From: an uncultured Verrucomicrobia subdivision 3 bacterium
Lineage (GTDB): Bacteria > Verrucomicrobiota > Verrucomicrobiia > Limisphaerales > UBA11358
Length of the DNA stretch: 63,362 nucleotides
Direction of reading: 5' to 3'
Assembly: GCA_903842235.1 (NCBI GenBank)
Contig: CAIMLG010000278.1
Coordinates: 1 to 63,362, forward strand
The notes under the pieces were generated by a model. It did not search any database, was not told where the DNA came from, and saw nothing but the letters and a program-made list of their open reading frames with translations. This document shows positions 39,501-50,108 of the stretch, piece after piece; positions within the stretch are counted from its first letter, which is position 1, and every line of letters starts with the position of its first letter. The position numbers were made by a program, and so were the translations under genes.

Positions 39501-42500
39501 CATCCTGGACACTAATTTCCACCATGTGGCCGTGACTAAGGTGGGGAGCGCCATGGCCTTTTATCTGGATGGTGTGGCCTATCCCATGCCGGCTTTTTCC
39601 ACTTCCTTCAACTATACCAGCAACCCCGGCATTGGGTATCGGTCGGATAATCAGGGGAATGGTCTTTACGGCACCATCGACGAAATCGCCATCTACAACC
39701 GCGCCCTCGCCCCCAACGAAATTCAGGCCATCTATGCCGCGCGCGGCGCTGGCAAATGTTTCACGCCCGTGCCGCCAACGATCATCAGACAACCGACGAA
39801 CCGGACGGCGGTGGTGGGCGATCCGGTCACCTTCAGCGTCTTGGCCAGCGGCACCCCGCCGTTGAGCTACCAGTGGACCTTTAACCTGACCAACCTTGTC
39901 GGGGCCACGAACGCCACCCTGACCTTGCCCGGCGCCCAACTCACCCACGCCGGCAATTACCAGGTGCGCGTCAGCAACGCCACCGGCTCTCTCCTGAGTT
40001 CCAACGCCATTCTTACGGTGCTCGTGCCCACCTGCACGCCCGCGCCGGCGGGGTTGGTGGCGTGGTGGCAAGCTGAAGGGAATACCCGTGACATTGTTGG
40101 CGGGAGTGACGGGGCTTGGATTGGCACAGCTAGTTACACTAATGGAAAATCCGGTTTAGCTTTCAATTTCGATGGAGCAAGTCGGGTGCAAGTCCCCGAT
40201 TCTGCAGCCATGCATTTCACCAAAGCCATGACCGTCGAAGCATGGATTAACCTCAGCACATTTAGCGGCGTCAATTCCAGGGAAATTGTTTCCAAACTTG
40301 ACGGCCCAAACGACAATTCAAAAACCTTCACGTTTGCCATCGACCCAGCTACAAAAACGGCTTATTTTATCGTGTGCACAACCAATGGCGTGACGGGAGT
40401 CGTTCTTGGCTCCACAACCATCCCGCTCAATCAATGGGTTCATCTCGTGGGCACCTACGATGGCAGCACAGTCAAAATCTATTTCAACGGCCAACTCGAC
40501 GGATCCACCCCTTGGACCAAAGACATCTTTCCGGGAATCAATCCCCTGGTTATCGGCTGCACGTTGCAATTCACCTCTTCATCTCCCACCTCATTTTTTG
40601 ACGGCTTGATTGACGAAATCTCCCTCTACAATCGTGCCCTGACCACCAACGAAATCGCCGCCATCTACGCCGCGCGCGGGGCTGGGAAATCCCCGCTCCC
40701 GCCATCAATCACCCAACAACCGACGAACCAGACGGTGCTGGTGGGCGATCCGGCCACCTTCAGCGTCACGGCGAATGGCACGCCACCGTTGAACTACCAA
40801 TGGAACTGCAACCTGACCAACCTGGTCGGGGCCACGAACGCCACCCTGACCTTGTCATCGGCGCAGTTGGCCCAAGCCGGTAACTATTCTGTGACGGTGA
40901 CCGGTCCCGGTGGATCCATTGCCAGTGCCAACGCCCTTCTCACCGTGCTCGTGCCCACCTGCACGCCCGCGCCGGCGGGGTTGGTGGGCTGGTGGCCGGC
41001 CGAAGGGAACCCCTTGGATTCGGCCGGCACCAATGCCGGCACCTGGCTGCAGGGAGCGAGTTATGCCGCCGGCAAAGTCGGTCAGGCCTTCCGCTTTACC
41101 AACGCGGATCAAGCGATCATCATCCCGGACGCCCCCGCACTCAACCCGGCCAACGGCTTAACCTTAGAAACCTGGGTGTTAGTTGAAAGATATCCTGCCA
41201 GCGGCGGAGGGGTGGTGGTCGCCAAAAACTGGCCGTGGGCTCAATTACAATACATGATCAGTCTGGACTCCGTGGGTGGCCGTTGGGCTTTCCGCTCCTA
41301 TATTGGGATCCCATATCTCGCTTACATTGACAGCGCCACCGCTGTCCAAACGAATACTTGGTATCACGTGGTCATGACTTATGACAACGCGACCTTGAAA
41401 GTATTTGTCAACGGCCAACTCAACGGCAGTTTGCCGGTTATAGGATCGATCATTGCCGCCACCAACCCGCTGGTCATTGGTGGTTATGGTCAAGGTCAAG
41501 GACCTTGGACGCTGCCGGGCCGCGTGGATGAAGTCAGCCTTTATAACCGCGCCCTCGCCCCCAACGAAATTTCCGCCCTCTACGCCGCGCGCGGGGCCGG
41601 CAAATGCCCGCTGCCGCCGACGGTATTGAACTTAAATCCGACCGGTTGGTATGTGAACGAGGGCGCCACGGTGACCGGCACGGTTACCGCTGTCGGTTCG
41701 CCGGCCTTGGCTTATCAATGGCAATATAACGGTTCCGAGATGAGTGGGGAAACCAATGCTTCACTGACTTTGAGCAACGTGGTTTATGCCCAAGCCGGGA
41801 ATTACGCGGTGGTCGTTTCTAATTCCAGCGGCTCCGTCACCAGCTCCAATGTGGTGCTCCGGGTCAACCGCGCGCCGGTGGCCGATGCCCGCGCCACGGA
41901 AACGCTGGTCATTTCCCCGAATGGCACGAATGCGATCGTGGTTCTGGATGGTTCGCGTTCCGGTGATCCGGATGGCGATGCGCTCGCCTATCAGTGGTTC
42001 GCTCCGGGAGACACCCATCCCCTGGCGGCCAGTGTGGTGGCCATCCAAACCCTCCCGGTGGGCACCAGCCAACTCGTGCTCCTCGTCAATGATGGTCTCG
42101 CTTCGGCTTCTCAGGAATTTACTGTTGAGGTCATCACCACCTCGCAGGCGGTTGACCGGTTGATCGAGTGGCTTCAGTCCGGTTCGAGCAAGGCCCAGCC
42201 GCTGGTCGCTTCCTTGCGGGCAGCCTTGGCGGCCATTGATCGCAGCCAACCGGAAACGGCCATCCATCAGCTGGAGGCTTTCATCAGCAAGGTGCGCGCT
42301 CAGTTGCTGTCCTCCGATGCGGCGCTGGCCGCTCAATTGATCGCCGATGCTCAGGCTATCATTGATGCCTTGCAGGGGGGCAGTCCAGCCCTGGCGTTGC
42401 CGGTGGAAATCACGTCGGTTAGCCAGCCCAGCCCGGGCAAAACGCATCTCAAGTTTAAAGGGGCGGTTGGCCGCGTTTATGTGATCGAAGCTTCGGCTAA

Positions 42501-42621
42501 CCTGGTGGATTGGGTGCCCGTTGGCCAAGCCGCCACGACGCCGGAGGGGGCGTATGAATTCGATGATCCTTCCTCTCCGGCCGTGGGCGCGCGCTTCTAT
42601 CGCGTCGTATCGCCGAAGTGA
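36511..42621 (+). CDS. Large secreted protein: 5 LamG-like + 1 legume-lectin-like + 5 Ig-like + PKD-like + helical + C-terminal domain
   Basis: Signal peptide; repeated GLV.WW..EGN...W.HVA.T...IDE...YNRAL; LRLTPA...GS.W...GDGFTF; F.V.ASGTPPLSYQW. Confidence 0.9.
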   Translation: MKPLRTLLCVVGMLAVGSAVSVGRADAVGVPAPAGLVAWWRGESNAWDSVGSNHGTLLGNTVFGVGKVGQGFALDGDGSYVLVSNSPSLNPVGPFSIESWIYPTLDGTRRIMAKWGDQGAYGDSRSYMLTMQPGLSLQFGISDWAHQWDYAFQDFTVTNVVALNAWNHVAATYDSATGVRCIYVNGVKVGGRTNAPVVIYNSSTPATIGSWLRAPDFAQDVFQGMIDEVSFYNRALAGSEVEAIYGAGSAGKILSSQVASNFCVAYPNFNSINGINLFGSAATTNGVLRLTPAVAGQTGSVWLQGKVPCSGSFDTRFHFQITQLGNILGNEPGGDGFTFSVQNLSATNAAWAMGDTNHYVSVFFNTFWNWPGSSDLDLSGSSVGILVNQNYVGQADLSLLGIDMSDGGVHQARVLFDGAGLAVWVDNLQVLTNISLPGLQPGVDTSGLGWAGFTAGTGAAYENHDILDWSFCSSSPTNGLTNVPPELPLITSQPAAQNVAVSGATTFAVTASGTGPLSYQWQLNLTNLVGATNATLALNNVQLTNGGYYSVRVSSPYGATNSQAALLTVVVPPSVVPPPGLVAWWRGESNAWDSVGGNHGTLSGNTTYGSGKVGQEFVFNGNNGCGVALGSPASLQLSNLTVECWIKRSSPTVASYGSGGNGTIYGCGLIGYCFLVDWTGQLVFGHCVSNVKITDTNYHHVALTLTGGMAMVYLDGAAVSTPANNRGLTFAGLMGIGYRPDNQDNSFLGRIDEVGLYNRALTSNEIAGIYGAGSAGKTFIPELPVLTGQPTNRTVVVGDPVTFSVAASGTPPLSYQWTFNLTNIVGGTNSSLTLSSAQLAQAGNYSVTITGPGGSIASSNALLTVLVPTCTPAPAGLVSWWSAEGNALDQISGNHGTLVGGASYGAGKVGQGFVFNGMSSGIFVSNTPSLQLQDFTIETWVKRTSASVVSYVGAGDGCILVYGPGTTSPGGFMFFISAAGNLTFSQWGKSQILTGPSILDTNFHHVAVTKVGSAMAFYLDGVAYPMPAFSTSFNYTSNPGIGYRSDNQGNGLYGTIDEIAIYNRALAPNEIQAIYAARGAGKCFTPVPPTIIRQPTNRTAVVGDPVTFSVLASGTPPLSYQWTFNLTNLVGATNATLTLPGAQLTHAGNYQVRVSNATGSLLSSNAILTVLVPTCTPAPAGLVAWWQAEGNTRDIVGGSDGAWIGTASYTNGKSGLAFNFDGASRVQVPDSAAMHFTKAMTVEAWINLSTFSGVNSREIVSKLDGPNDNSKTFTFAIDPATKTAYFIVCTTNGVTGVVLGSTTIPLNQWVHLVGTYDGSTVKIYFNGQLDGSTPWTKDIFPGINPLVIGCTLQFTSSSPTSFFDGLIDEISLYNRALTTNEIAAIYAARGAGKSPLPPSITQQPTNQTVLVGDPATFSVTANGTPPLNYQWNCNLTNLVGATNATLTLSSAQLAQAGNYSVTVTGPGGSIASANALLTVLVPTCTPAPAGLVGWWPAEGNPLDSAGTNAGTWLQGASYAAGKVGQAFRFTNADQAIIIPDAPALNPANGLTLETWVLVERYPASGGGVVVAKNWPWAQLQYMISLDSVGGRWAFRSYIGIPYLAYIDSATAVQTNTWYHVVMTYDNATLKVFVNGQLNGSLPVIGSIIAATNPLVIGGYGQGQGPWTLPGRVDEVSLYNRALAPNEISALYAARGAGKCPLPPTVLNLNPTGWYVNEGATVTGTVTAVGSPALAYQWQYNGSEMSGETNASLTLSNVVYAQAGNYAVVVSNSSGSVTSSNVVLRVNRAPVADARATETLVISPNGTNAIVVLDGSRSGDPDGDALAYQWFAPGDTHPLAASVVAIQTLPVGTSQLVLLVNDGLASASQEFTVEVITTSQAVDRLIEWLQSGSSKAQPLVASLRAALAAIDRSQPETAIHQLEAFISKVRAQLLSSDAALAAQLIADAQAIIDALQGGSPALALPVEITSVSQPSPGKTHLKFKGAVGRVYVIEASANLVDWVPVGQAATTPEGAYEFDDPSSPAVGARFYRVVSPK

Positions 42622-42645
42622 TGTCTCGTTCGGCATGATTCAGCC

Positions 42646-42673
42646 AAGCCCGCGTGCAAACGCGGGCTTTTTT
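42646..42673 (+). terminator. Rho-independent terminator
   Basis: AAGCCCGCGT-GCAA-ACGCGGGCTT followed by a T tract, 25 nt after the stop codon. Confidence 0.85.
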
Positions 42674-43060
42674 GCCGGCCCTTGGCGTGGCGTGCCGCCG
42701 CCGAAGCATCCAGCCTTCAAAAGCCGGCCAAACGCGTCCGTCTTGGAAGTTGAATGTTGAACTTAAATTCCGCAGTGGGGATAGGAACCACTTAGCAATC
42801 CGGCAACGAAGACGAAGTCGGAAATAAAGCATCGAGCCCAAACGGCCTTCACCTTCTGGGGGAAGGTTTTCGCAGGCGGAAAAAGTGGAATCGTTTTTTC
42901 ATCCGGCCTTTGTTTCTTGGTTGTTCAACGGCGGTTTCTAGGTTTTAGCGGTCGCCTGGGGCGACCCGGTTTCGGAATCTCAAGGAAAACCAAAACGCGT
43001 GCAAAAGGTTGCGGCTGGGGCGGGAAGTCTGATATTTTTTGCCGCTAGCAATACCATAAA

Positions 43061-43834
43061 ATGAAAGTCGTGATTTTTTGCGGTGGTCTGGGCACGCGCC
43101 TGCGCGAGGAGACGGAGTTTCGCCCCAAGCCCATGGTGCCGGTCGGCGAGCGGCCGATTCTCTGGCACATCATGAAGAGCTACGCGCATTACGGCCACAA
43201 GGAATTCATTCTCTGCCTCGGTTACAAGGGCGAGGCCATCAAGGAATATTTTCGCAACTACCATTGGAATACCAGCGATGTTACCTTGAGCTTGGGCGCG
43301 AAGCCGAAAATCAAATACCACAACCAGCACGGCGAAGAAGACTGGGGGGTGACGATGATTGATACGGGCCAGAACACCATGACGGGGGGGCGGCTCAAGC
43401 GCGTGCTGCCTTATATCAAGGACGACACCTTCCTGCTCACCTATGGTGACGGGGTGGCGGACAGCGATATCAACGCCACCATTGCGTTTCACCGGAAGCA
43501 GAAAAAAATCCTCACCATGACCGCCGTGCAGCCGGCTGGCCGCTTTGGGGACCTGGAGATCGCCGCTGGCAAGGTGACCGCCTTCAAGGAGAAGCCGGAA
43601 AAACAAGCCGGCTATATCAATGGCGGCTTCTTTGTCGTGGACCGGCGCATCAGCCAATATCTCGGCGACGACACCTGCGTGTTCGAAAATGAGCCGCTGG
43701 CGAAGCTGGCGGGGGAAAAACAAATCGTCGCCTACCAGCATCCGGGCTTTTGGCAGTGCATGGACACCTTCCGCGAACAGCAATTGCTCACCGGCCTGTG
43801 GAACAGCGGCAAGGCCCCGTGGAAAGTCTGGTGA
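43061..43834 (+). CDS. rfbF: Glucose-1-phosphate cytidylyltransferase
   Basis: GGLGTRL.EET..RPKPMV, TGGRL, TYGDG, GFWQCMDT, APWKVW. Confidence 0.96.
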   Translation: MKVVIFCGGLGTRLREETEFRPKPMVPVGERPILWHIMKSYAHYGHKEFILCLGYKGEAIKEYFRNYHWNTSDVTLSLGAKPKIKYHNQHGEEDWGVTMIDTGQNTMTGGRLKRVLPYIKDDTFLLTYGDGVADSDINATIAFHRKQKKILTMTAVQPAGRFGDLEIAAGKVTAFKEKPEKQAGYINGGFFVVDRRISQYLGDDTCVFENEPLAKLAGEKQIVAYQHPGFWQCMDTFREQQLLTGLWNSGKAPWKVW

Positions 43835-44937
43835 TGTTCAACGACTACTACCAGAATCGTCGAGTGCTGGTCACCGGCCACACCGGTTTCAAGGGCGCCT
43901 GGCTTTCGCTGTGGCTGAAAAAGCTGGGCGCGGAAGTGCATGGCTTGAGCCTGCCGGCGCCGACGAATCCCAATCTGCACGAAATCATCTGCGACACGAC
44001 GTTTGCCAGTGAAACCCTTTGCGACATCCGCCAACTGAAGCCGCTGACTGCCGCGATCCAAAAAATCCAGCCTCAGGTGATCTTTCATCTCGCGGCGCAG
44101 CCCCTCGTCCGCCGTTCTTATGTTGAGCCGCTGGAAACGTTTGAGACCAATGCCCTCGGCACGGCGCATGTCCTCGAAGCCATCCGCCGGATGGAGTTGA
44201 ACTGCCTCACGATCGTCATCACCAGCGACAAATGCTATGACAATCGGGAATGGGAATTTGCCTATCGGGAAAACGACGCCTTGGGCGGCCACGATATTTA
44301 TTCCATGAGCAAAGGCGCGACCGAGTTGGTGGCGCAGTCATGGTATCGCTCGTTTTTCGCCCCCAACCCCAAGCTCGGCCCGGTGGTCACCGTCCGCGCC
44401 GGCAACGTCATTGGCGGCGGCGATTATGCGGCAGACCGGATTGTGCCGGACTCCATCCGGGCGTTGATGGAGAAACAGCCGATTCAGGTTCGCAATCCGC
44501 GCGCCATCCGCCCGTGGCAGCATGTGCTGGAATGTCTGAGTGGCTATCTCTGGCTGGCCGCCCGCCTCAGCGGGGAGCCGAAAACGTCCAAGCTGGTGAG
44601 TCCGTTTAATTTCGGCCCGGAACCGTCCGCCCGCCAGTCGGTCGGGCGATTGGTGGAGGAAATCTTGCAGTCATGGCCCGGCCAGTGGGTGGACCAATCC
44701 GACCCCACCGCGCCGCACGAAGCCACGCTGCTATCCCTTTCCATCGAAAAGGCCGGGGCGCTGCTGGGCTGGTATCCGGCTTGGGATTTTACCGAAGCCA
44801 TCCGGCGCACGGTGGCCTGGTATCGCGAGCGGCATGATTTGAAAAACCCGGACCTGCTGCGCTTCAGCCAGACGCAGATTGAGGATTACACGACAGCCGC
44901 CCGGCGGAAACATCTGGCTTGGGCAAAATCGGCATGA
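43834..44937 (+). CDS. rfbG: CDP-glucose 4,6-dehydratase
   Basis: [43 protein letters not shown]. Confidence 0.96.
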   Translation: MFNDYYQNRRVLVTGHTGFKGAWLSLWLKKLGAEVHGLSLPAPTNPNLHEIICDTTFASETLCDIRQLKPLTAAIQKIQPQVIFHLAAQPLVRRSYVEPLETFETNALGTAHVLEAIRRMELNCLTIVITSDKCYDNREWEFAYRENDALGGHDIYSMSKGATELVAQSWYRSFFAPNPKLGPVVTVRAGNVIGGGDYAADRIVPDSIRALMEKQPIQVRNPRAIRPWQHVLECLSGYLWLAARLSGEPKTSKLVSPFNFGPEPSARQSVGRLVEEILQSWPGQWVDQSDPTAPHEATLLSLSIEKAGALLGWYPAWDFTEAIRRTVAWYRERHDLKNPDLLRFSQTQIEDYTTAARRKHLAWAKSA

Positions 44938-46163
44938 GCTTCCATTGTAAATGCCGCTCCTGCGGCAGCACCGATGCTGCGCTGATTCTCGACCTCGGCC
45001 TGCAGCCGCTGGCGAACAATCTGCTGACGCCCGCCGACCTTGCGAAACCCGAGCCGAAATTTCCCCTCCGCCTGGCGGTTTGCCAATCCTGCTGGCTGCT
45101 GCAAATCACCGACCTCGTCCCGCCGGTGGCGCTGTTCTCCGAGTATCTTTATTTTTCGTCGTTTTCCGACTTGATGTTGCGCCACGCCCGTGCCGCCGCC
45201 GAGGGCTACATTCAGGAATTCGGCTTGAATTCGCAGAGCCTCGTGGTGGAAATCGCCAGCAATGACGGTTATCTGTTGCAAAATTTCGTCCACGCCAAAA
45301 TTCCCTGCCTCGGCATTGAACCGGCGGCGAACATCGCCAAAGTGGCCCGGGAAAAAGGCATTGAAACCCTGGTGGAGTTTTTCGGGCAGGGCGTGGCCAC
45401 GAAATTGGCGGGGGAAAACCGGCAGGCCGATCTCATCCTCGGCAACAATGTTTTCGCCCACGCGCCGGAGACCAATGATTTTGTCGCCGGGATGGAAAAA
45501 CTCCTCAAACCGTCGGGCCGCCTCGTGCTGGAATTTCCTTATGGCGTTGAGTTCATCGAGCGCAACGAGTTCGACACGATTTACCACGAGCACGTTTTTT
45601 ACTTCACGCTCACGGCGCTCCGGCCGCTCTTTGCGCGGCACGGCTTGACGATCTTCCGGGTGGAACGGCTGCCCATTCATGGCGGCTCGCTGCGGTTATT
45701 CGCTGGGCACCTCGGTGCCCAGGCCGTTGAACCTTCCGTCGCCCAGCTGCTGGCCGAAGAGCAGCAAAAAGGCGTGGACGCGCTGGGCTACTACGAAGGT
45801 TTCGCCAGCCAGATTCACACCATCAAGCGCGACTTGGCCGACCTGCTGACCCGGTTAAAAAAAGAAGGCAAACAGGTGGCCGCTTATGGGGCGTCGGCGA
45901 AAGGCAGCACCTTGTTGAATTTTTTTGGGATGGGGGCCGGAGATTTGAATTTCATCGTGGATCGCAGCACCTACAAGCATGGCCGGCTCACCCCCGGCAC
46001 CCACCTGCCGATCCTGCCGCCGGAAGAATTGCTCAAGCGCCAGCCGGATTACACGCTCTTGCTGACCTGGAATTTTGCCGAGGAAATTCTCGCGCAGCAA
46101 AAAGCCTATCGCGCGGCGGGCGGCAAATTCATCATCCCCATCCCCCGGGTTAAAATCGTCTGA
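44934..46163 (+). CDS. NDP-hexose C-methyltransferase (Zn-binding)
   Basis: CRSCG...[35 protein letters not shown]. Confidence 0.9.
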   Translation: MSFHCKCRSCGSTDAALILDLGLQPLANNLLTPADLAKPEPKFPLRLAVCQSCWLLQITDLVPPVALFSEYLYFSSFSDLMLRHARAAAEGYIQEFGLNSQSLVVEIASNDGYLLQNFVHAKIPCLGIEPAANIAKVAREKGIETLVEFFGQGVATKLAGENRQADLILGNNVFAHAPETNDFVAGMEKLLKPSGRLVLEFPYGVEFIERNEFDTIYHEHVFYFTLTALRPLFARHGLTIFRVERLPIHGGSLRLFAGHLGAQAVEPSVAQLLAEEQQKGVDALGYYEGFASQIHTIKRDLADLLTRLKKEGKQVAAYGASAKGSTLLNFFGMGAGDLNFIVDRSTYKHGRLTPGTHLPILPPEELLKRQPDYTLLLTWNFAEEILAQQKAYRAAGGKFIIPIPRVKIV

Positions 46164-46167
46164 CCGC

Positions 46168-46704
46168 ATGAAATTCTCGCGCACCAGGTTGGCCGGATTG
46201 TGGCTCCTCGAGCCGGAATTGCGGGCGGATGAGCGAGGGTTTCTGGCGCGCACCTACTGCGAACAGGAGTTTGCCGCCCACCAGCTCAACACGCGCTGGC
46301 CGCAAGGCAACCTGACGTTAACCAAATCGCGCGGGATGATTCGCGGGCTGCATTTCCAAGCCGATCCCAAGCCCGAGATTAAACTCATCCGCTGTGCCGC
46401 CGGGGCCATTTTTGACGTGGTGGTGGACGTCCGGCGGGAGTCGCCGACGTTTGGCCAGTGGGAAAGCTTTGAACTGACGGCGCAGAATCATCGTCTGCTC
46501 TATGTTCCCGGCGGTTTCGCCCACGGGTTCCAATGCCTGGCCGACCACTGCGAGGTGTTTTACCAGATGTCGGAATTTTATCACGCCGAGCTTGCCCGCG
46601 GCCTGCGCTGGAATGATCCGGCGGTAAACATTTGCTGGCCGATTGCGGACAGCCGACTCTCGGAGCGCGACCGCAACCTGCCCCAGTTGGCTGACCTGCC
46701 ATGA
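46168..46704 (+). CDS. rfbC: NDP-4-keto-6-deoxyhexose 3,5-epimerase (RmlC family)
   Basis: DERGF, RGLHFQ, DVVVDVR..SPTFG, VP.GFAHGF, WNDP. Confidence 0.92.
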   Translation: MKFSRTRLAGLWLLEPELRADERGFLARTYCEQEFAAHQLNTRWPQGNLTLTKSRGMIRGLHFQADPKPEIKLIRCAAGAIFDVVVDVRRESPTFGQWESFELTAQNHRLLYVPGGFAHGFQCLADHCEVFYQMSEFYHAELARGLRWNDPAVNICWPIADSRLSERDRNLPQLADLP

Positions 46705-47597
46705 AAATCTTTGTTACCGGCGCGGCGGGATTTATCGGTTCGGCCTTCTGCCGGCACGCCTTGCGCCATGGGCATGAAATCGCCGGGCTCCAACTGCCGG
46801 GCATTCCGCCGGCTGGCAATGTCCCCACCGGCTCCCAAATGCTTTGGCTGGAAGGCCCGCTGGCCGAGCCGCCCTGGCGGGCGATTGAAAAATTTAACCC
46901 GGACGCCGCTGTGCATTTTGCCTGGGTGGCCACGCCGGGCGTTTATCTGGAGTCGCCGGAAAATGAACTATATCTGCGATGGAGCCTGGATTTGGCCCGG
47001 GGGTTGCGCAATCTGGGGGTCAATCATATTGTCGGGGCGGGCACCTGCATCGAATATCAGATTTCCGATGCGCCGCTCTCCGAAGAGTTTACCCCGGTCA
47101 ATCCCACGACGCGGTATGCGCGCTGCAAAAACGAGTTGCGAACGATCCTCGCTGATAATGCCCGGCAGGAGGGCTGGCATTTTTGCTGGGGCCGGGTGTT
47201 TTATCCCTATGGCGTGGGCGAACATCCGGCGCGGCTGTGCAGTTCACTGATCCAGAAATTCCAGCGCGGCGAAAAGCTGCTGCTCAAAACCCCGGACAGC
47301 CGGAAGGATTATATTCATATCGAAGATCTGGCGGCCGCGATTTTGCTTACGGTGGAAAAAAAGTTCACCGGCACGATCAACTGGGGCACGGGCACCGGCG
47401 TTTCCGTTCGGGAAATCGCCGACACCGTGGCGGCCCTGTTGCGCCAACCTAATCTGGTTGAGCTGGCTGAACCTCCGGAACCGGATCCATTTCCATTCGT
47501 CGTTGCCAGTGTTGCCCGGCTCAAGCAACTGGGCTGGCGACCCCAGATGGATTTATCGGCTGGGTTGGCCCAGTTGGTGGGAATGCTTTCCCGGTGA
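46701..47597 (+). CDS. NAD-dependent epimerase / 4-ketoreductase (extended SDR)
   Basis: TGAAGFIG, GTCIEY, YARCK. Confidence 0.88.
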   Translation: MKIFVTGAAGFIGSAFCRHALRHGHEIAGLQLPGIPPAGNVPTGSQMLWLEGPLAEPPWRAIEKFNPDAAVHFAWVATPGVYLESPENELYLRWSLDLARGLRNLGVNHIVGAGTCIEYQISDAPLSEEFTPVNPTTRYARCKNELRTILADNARQEGWHFCWGRVFYPYGVGEHPARLCSSLIQKFQRGEKLLLKTPDSRKDYIHIEDLAAAILLTVEKKFTGTINWGTGTGVSVREIADTVAALLRQPNLVELAEPPEPDPFPFVVASVARLKQLGWRPQMDLSAGLAQLVGMLSR

Positions 47598-47746
47598 TTC
47601 CCTTTTGCCGCGCTGCCCATTTTATGCCCCCGGCTGGCGCTTGCGATCGGGCAGCTTTATAAGTAGCCGACGAAATGCCGGGCCGGTTTCAAACTGGTTA
47701 ATTTCCTTGTCAGCATTTTTCGCATTGTAAATACTCCAATAATTCT

Positions 47747-48757
47747 ATGGCGAAAAAAGCTTTGATTACCGGCATCACCGGCCAAGACGGTTCGTATCTG
47801 GCGGAGCTGTTGTTGGGCAAGGGGTATGAAGTTCACGGCCTTGTGCGGCGCGCCAGCACCTTCAATCGGGGCCGGCTCGATGAGATTTATTCGGACCCCC
47901 AATTAAGTGAAACCCACCTCTTCCTGCACTATGGCGATTTGACCGATGGTTCACTGGTGCGGCTGCTGGACCGGGTGCAGCCGGAGGAAATATACAATCT
48001 GGGGGCTCAGAGTCATGTGCGCGTCAGCTTCGACAATCCGGAATACACCTCGGACGTGAATGCGACGGGCTCCGTCCGGTTGCTGGAGGCGATTCGTGAA
48101 TCCGGCATCAAGCCCCGCTTTTATCAGGCCTCCTCGAGTGAGATGTATGGCTTGGTTCAGGAGGTGCCGCAAACGGAGAAGACGCCCTTTTATCCCCGCA
48201 GTCCCTACGCGGTTTCCAAGGTGTTCGCTTACTGGATGACGGTGAACTATCGCGAGGCCTATGGGCTGCACGCCACCAACGGCATTCTCTTTAACCATGA
48301 ATCACCCCGGCGCGGTAAGGGTTTTGTCACCCGCAAAATCACGCGGGCGGTGGCTCATATCCAAGCCGGCCTCCAGAATAAATTGTATCTGGGTAACTTG
48401 GACGCCCAGCGCGATTGGGGCTATGCCAAGGAATATGTCGAAGCCATGTGGCTCATGTTGCAGCAAAATCAACCCGATGATTACGTGGTCGCCACCGGCG
48501 AAACCCACTCCGTGCGGGAATTTCTGGAGGAATCCTTCGGTTATGCCGGCTTGGATTGGAAGCAATATGTGGAGCTGGACCCGCGTTACCTGCGGCCTTC
48601 CGAAGTGGATTTGTTGATTGGTGACGCCACCAAAGCCAGGCGCCAGCTCAACTGGGAGCCCAAGACGAAATTCAAGGATCTGGTCCGCTTGATGGTGGCG
48701 GCCGACATCCAATTGCTCAAGGACCACCGCGAAGGCCGCGTCAAAGTCACCAGTTGA
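47747..48757 (+). CDS. gmd: GDP-mannose 4,6-dehydratase
   Basis: [42 protein letters not shown]. Confidence 0.97.
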   Translation: MAKKALITGITGQDGSYLAELLLGKGYEVHGLVRRASTFNRGRLDEIYSDPQLSETHLFLHYGDLTDGSLVRLLDRVQPEEIYNLGAQSHVRVSFDNPEYTSDVNATGSVRLLEAIRESGIKPRFYQASSSEMYGLVQEVPQTEKTPFYPRSPYAVSKVFAYWMTVNYREAYGLHATNGILFNHESPRRGKGFVTRKITRAVAHIQAGLQNKLYLGNLDAQRDWGYAKEYVEAMWLMLQQNQPDDYVVATGETHSVREFLEESFGYAGLDWKQYVELDPRYLRPSEVDLLIGDATKARRQLNWEPKTKFKDLVRLMVAADIQLLKDHREGRVKVTS

Positions 48758-48815
48758 TCTCCTTCAGCGGACGTTTAATCTTGTTCCACCCAATATTATT
48801 TGATTCATTTTTGCC

Positions 48816-50102
48816 ATGTCAACACTCGCATTTTCACCGATTCTTGTCACTCGTCAGACCTGCCGCCTGTGCGGCAGTCGCGCCCTGACTCCCGTGGTCT
48901 CCTTGGGCGATCAGTTTATTGGGGGCGCCTTTGCCAAACCGGACTGCACCCCGCCGGTCCAACGGCGCATCCCGCTGGATCTTGTTCGCTGTGACCCGGC
49001 GCTGGATCAAAACGCTTGTGGCTTGGTTCAAATGCGCCATTCCGTGCCGCCCCGGGTGCTTTATGCGTCTTACTGGTATCGTTCCGGGGTCAACCAAACC
49101 ATGCGCGATAATCTCGCTGGCATCGCGCACATGGCGGAACACATTGCCCGGCTCAAAGCCGGCGATCTGGTTTTGGACATTGGCTGTAACGATGGCACCC
49201 TGCTGAAATCCTATCTCACGAAAGGCATCAAACGGCTGGGCATTGATCCCTCCAATGTCGTGGCGCATGCGCGCGCTGCGGGTCTCCACGTGGTTAATGA
49301 TTTCTTTTCCGCGGCTGCATTAAAGTCCGCCTACCCCACCCAAAAGCCCAAGGTCATCACTTCCATTGCGATGTTTTATGATCTGGAAAATCCCCATGCC
49401 TTTGTCGGGGATATCAAAAGCAGCCTGCACGAAGAGGGGGTGTGGATTCTGGAATTGAGCTACCTGCCGGCCATGCTGGCGATGAACAGCTTTGACACCA
49501 TCTGCCACGAGCACTTGGAATATTATTCCTTGGCCCCCATGGAACGGTTGTTGGCGGAGCACGGACTGGAAGTGGTGGATGTGACCTTGAACGATATTAA
49601 CGGGGGCAGCTTTCGGATTGCGGCCGGCCATGCGGGCAAGGTGAAGCCCTTGCCGGAAGCTCAGGCGCGGGTTCAGCAATTGCGCTTGAAGGAATTTGAA
49701 CTGGCGCTGGATACCGACGCGCCCTATGCCGTTTTCCGGAAAAACATCGAAACCATCCGCAAGGACATCCGGGCCTTCCTCAAGAAGGCCAAAGCACAAA
49801 AGCAGCTTGTCCATGGCTACGGTGCCTCCACCAAGGGCAATACCACCTTGCAATTTTGCGGCATCACGCCGGATCTTTTGCCGGCCATTGCCGACCGCAA
49901 TCAGGATAAATGGGGGACGAAAACGGTCGGGACCAATATTCCGATCATTTCGGAGGAAGCTTCGCGGAACCAGAAACCGGATTTCTATTTTGCCCTGCCT
50001 TGGCACTTCATTGAGGAATTCAAAAAACGCGAACAGGAATTTCTGGCGCGCGGCGGAAAATTTGTCATGCCCATGCCCAAAGTCTATTTCATCGGGAAAT
50101 AA
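48816..50102 (+). CDS. Second NDP-hexose C-methyltransferase
   Basis: CRLCG, DIGCNDG, FDTICHEH, NGGS, YGASTKGN, LPWHF. Confidence 0.9.
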   Translation: MSTLAFSPILVTRQTCRLCGSRALTPVVSLGDQFIGGAFAKPDCTPPVQRRIPLDLVRCDPALDQNACGLVQMRHSVPPRVLYASYWYRSGVNQTMRDNLAGIAHMAEHIARLKAGDLVLDIGCNDGTLLKSYLTKGIKRLGIDPSNVVAHARAAGLHVVNDFFSAAALKSAYPTQKPKVITSIAMFYDLENPHAFVGDIKSSLHEEGVWILELSYLPAMLAMNSFDTICHEHLEYYSLAPMERLLAEHGLEVVDVTLNDINGGSFRIAAGHAGKVKPLPEAQARVQQLRLKEFELALDTDAPYAVFRKNIETIRKDIRAFLKKAKAQKQLVHGYGASTKGNTTLQFCGITPDLLPAIADRNQDKWGTKTVGTNIPIISEEASRNQKPDFYFALPWHFIEEFKKREQEFLARGGKFVMPMPKVYFIGK

Positions 50103-50108
50103 TCCGGC

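Noticed and set aside
36600-41700. Repeats in the LamG gene as a CRISPR array or DGR template/variable pair
   Set aside because: Repeats are in-frame protein modules ~900 bp or more apart; no cas or reverse transcriptase gene and no adenine-specific mismatch pattern
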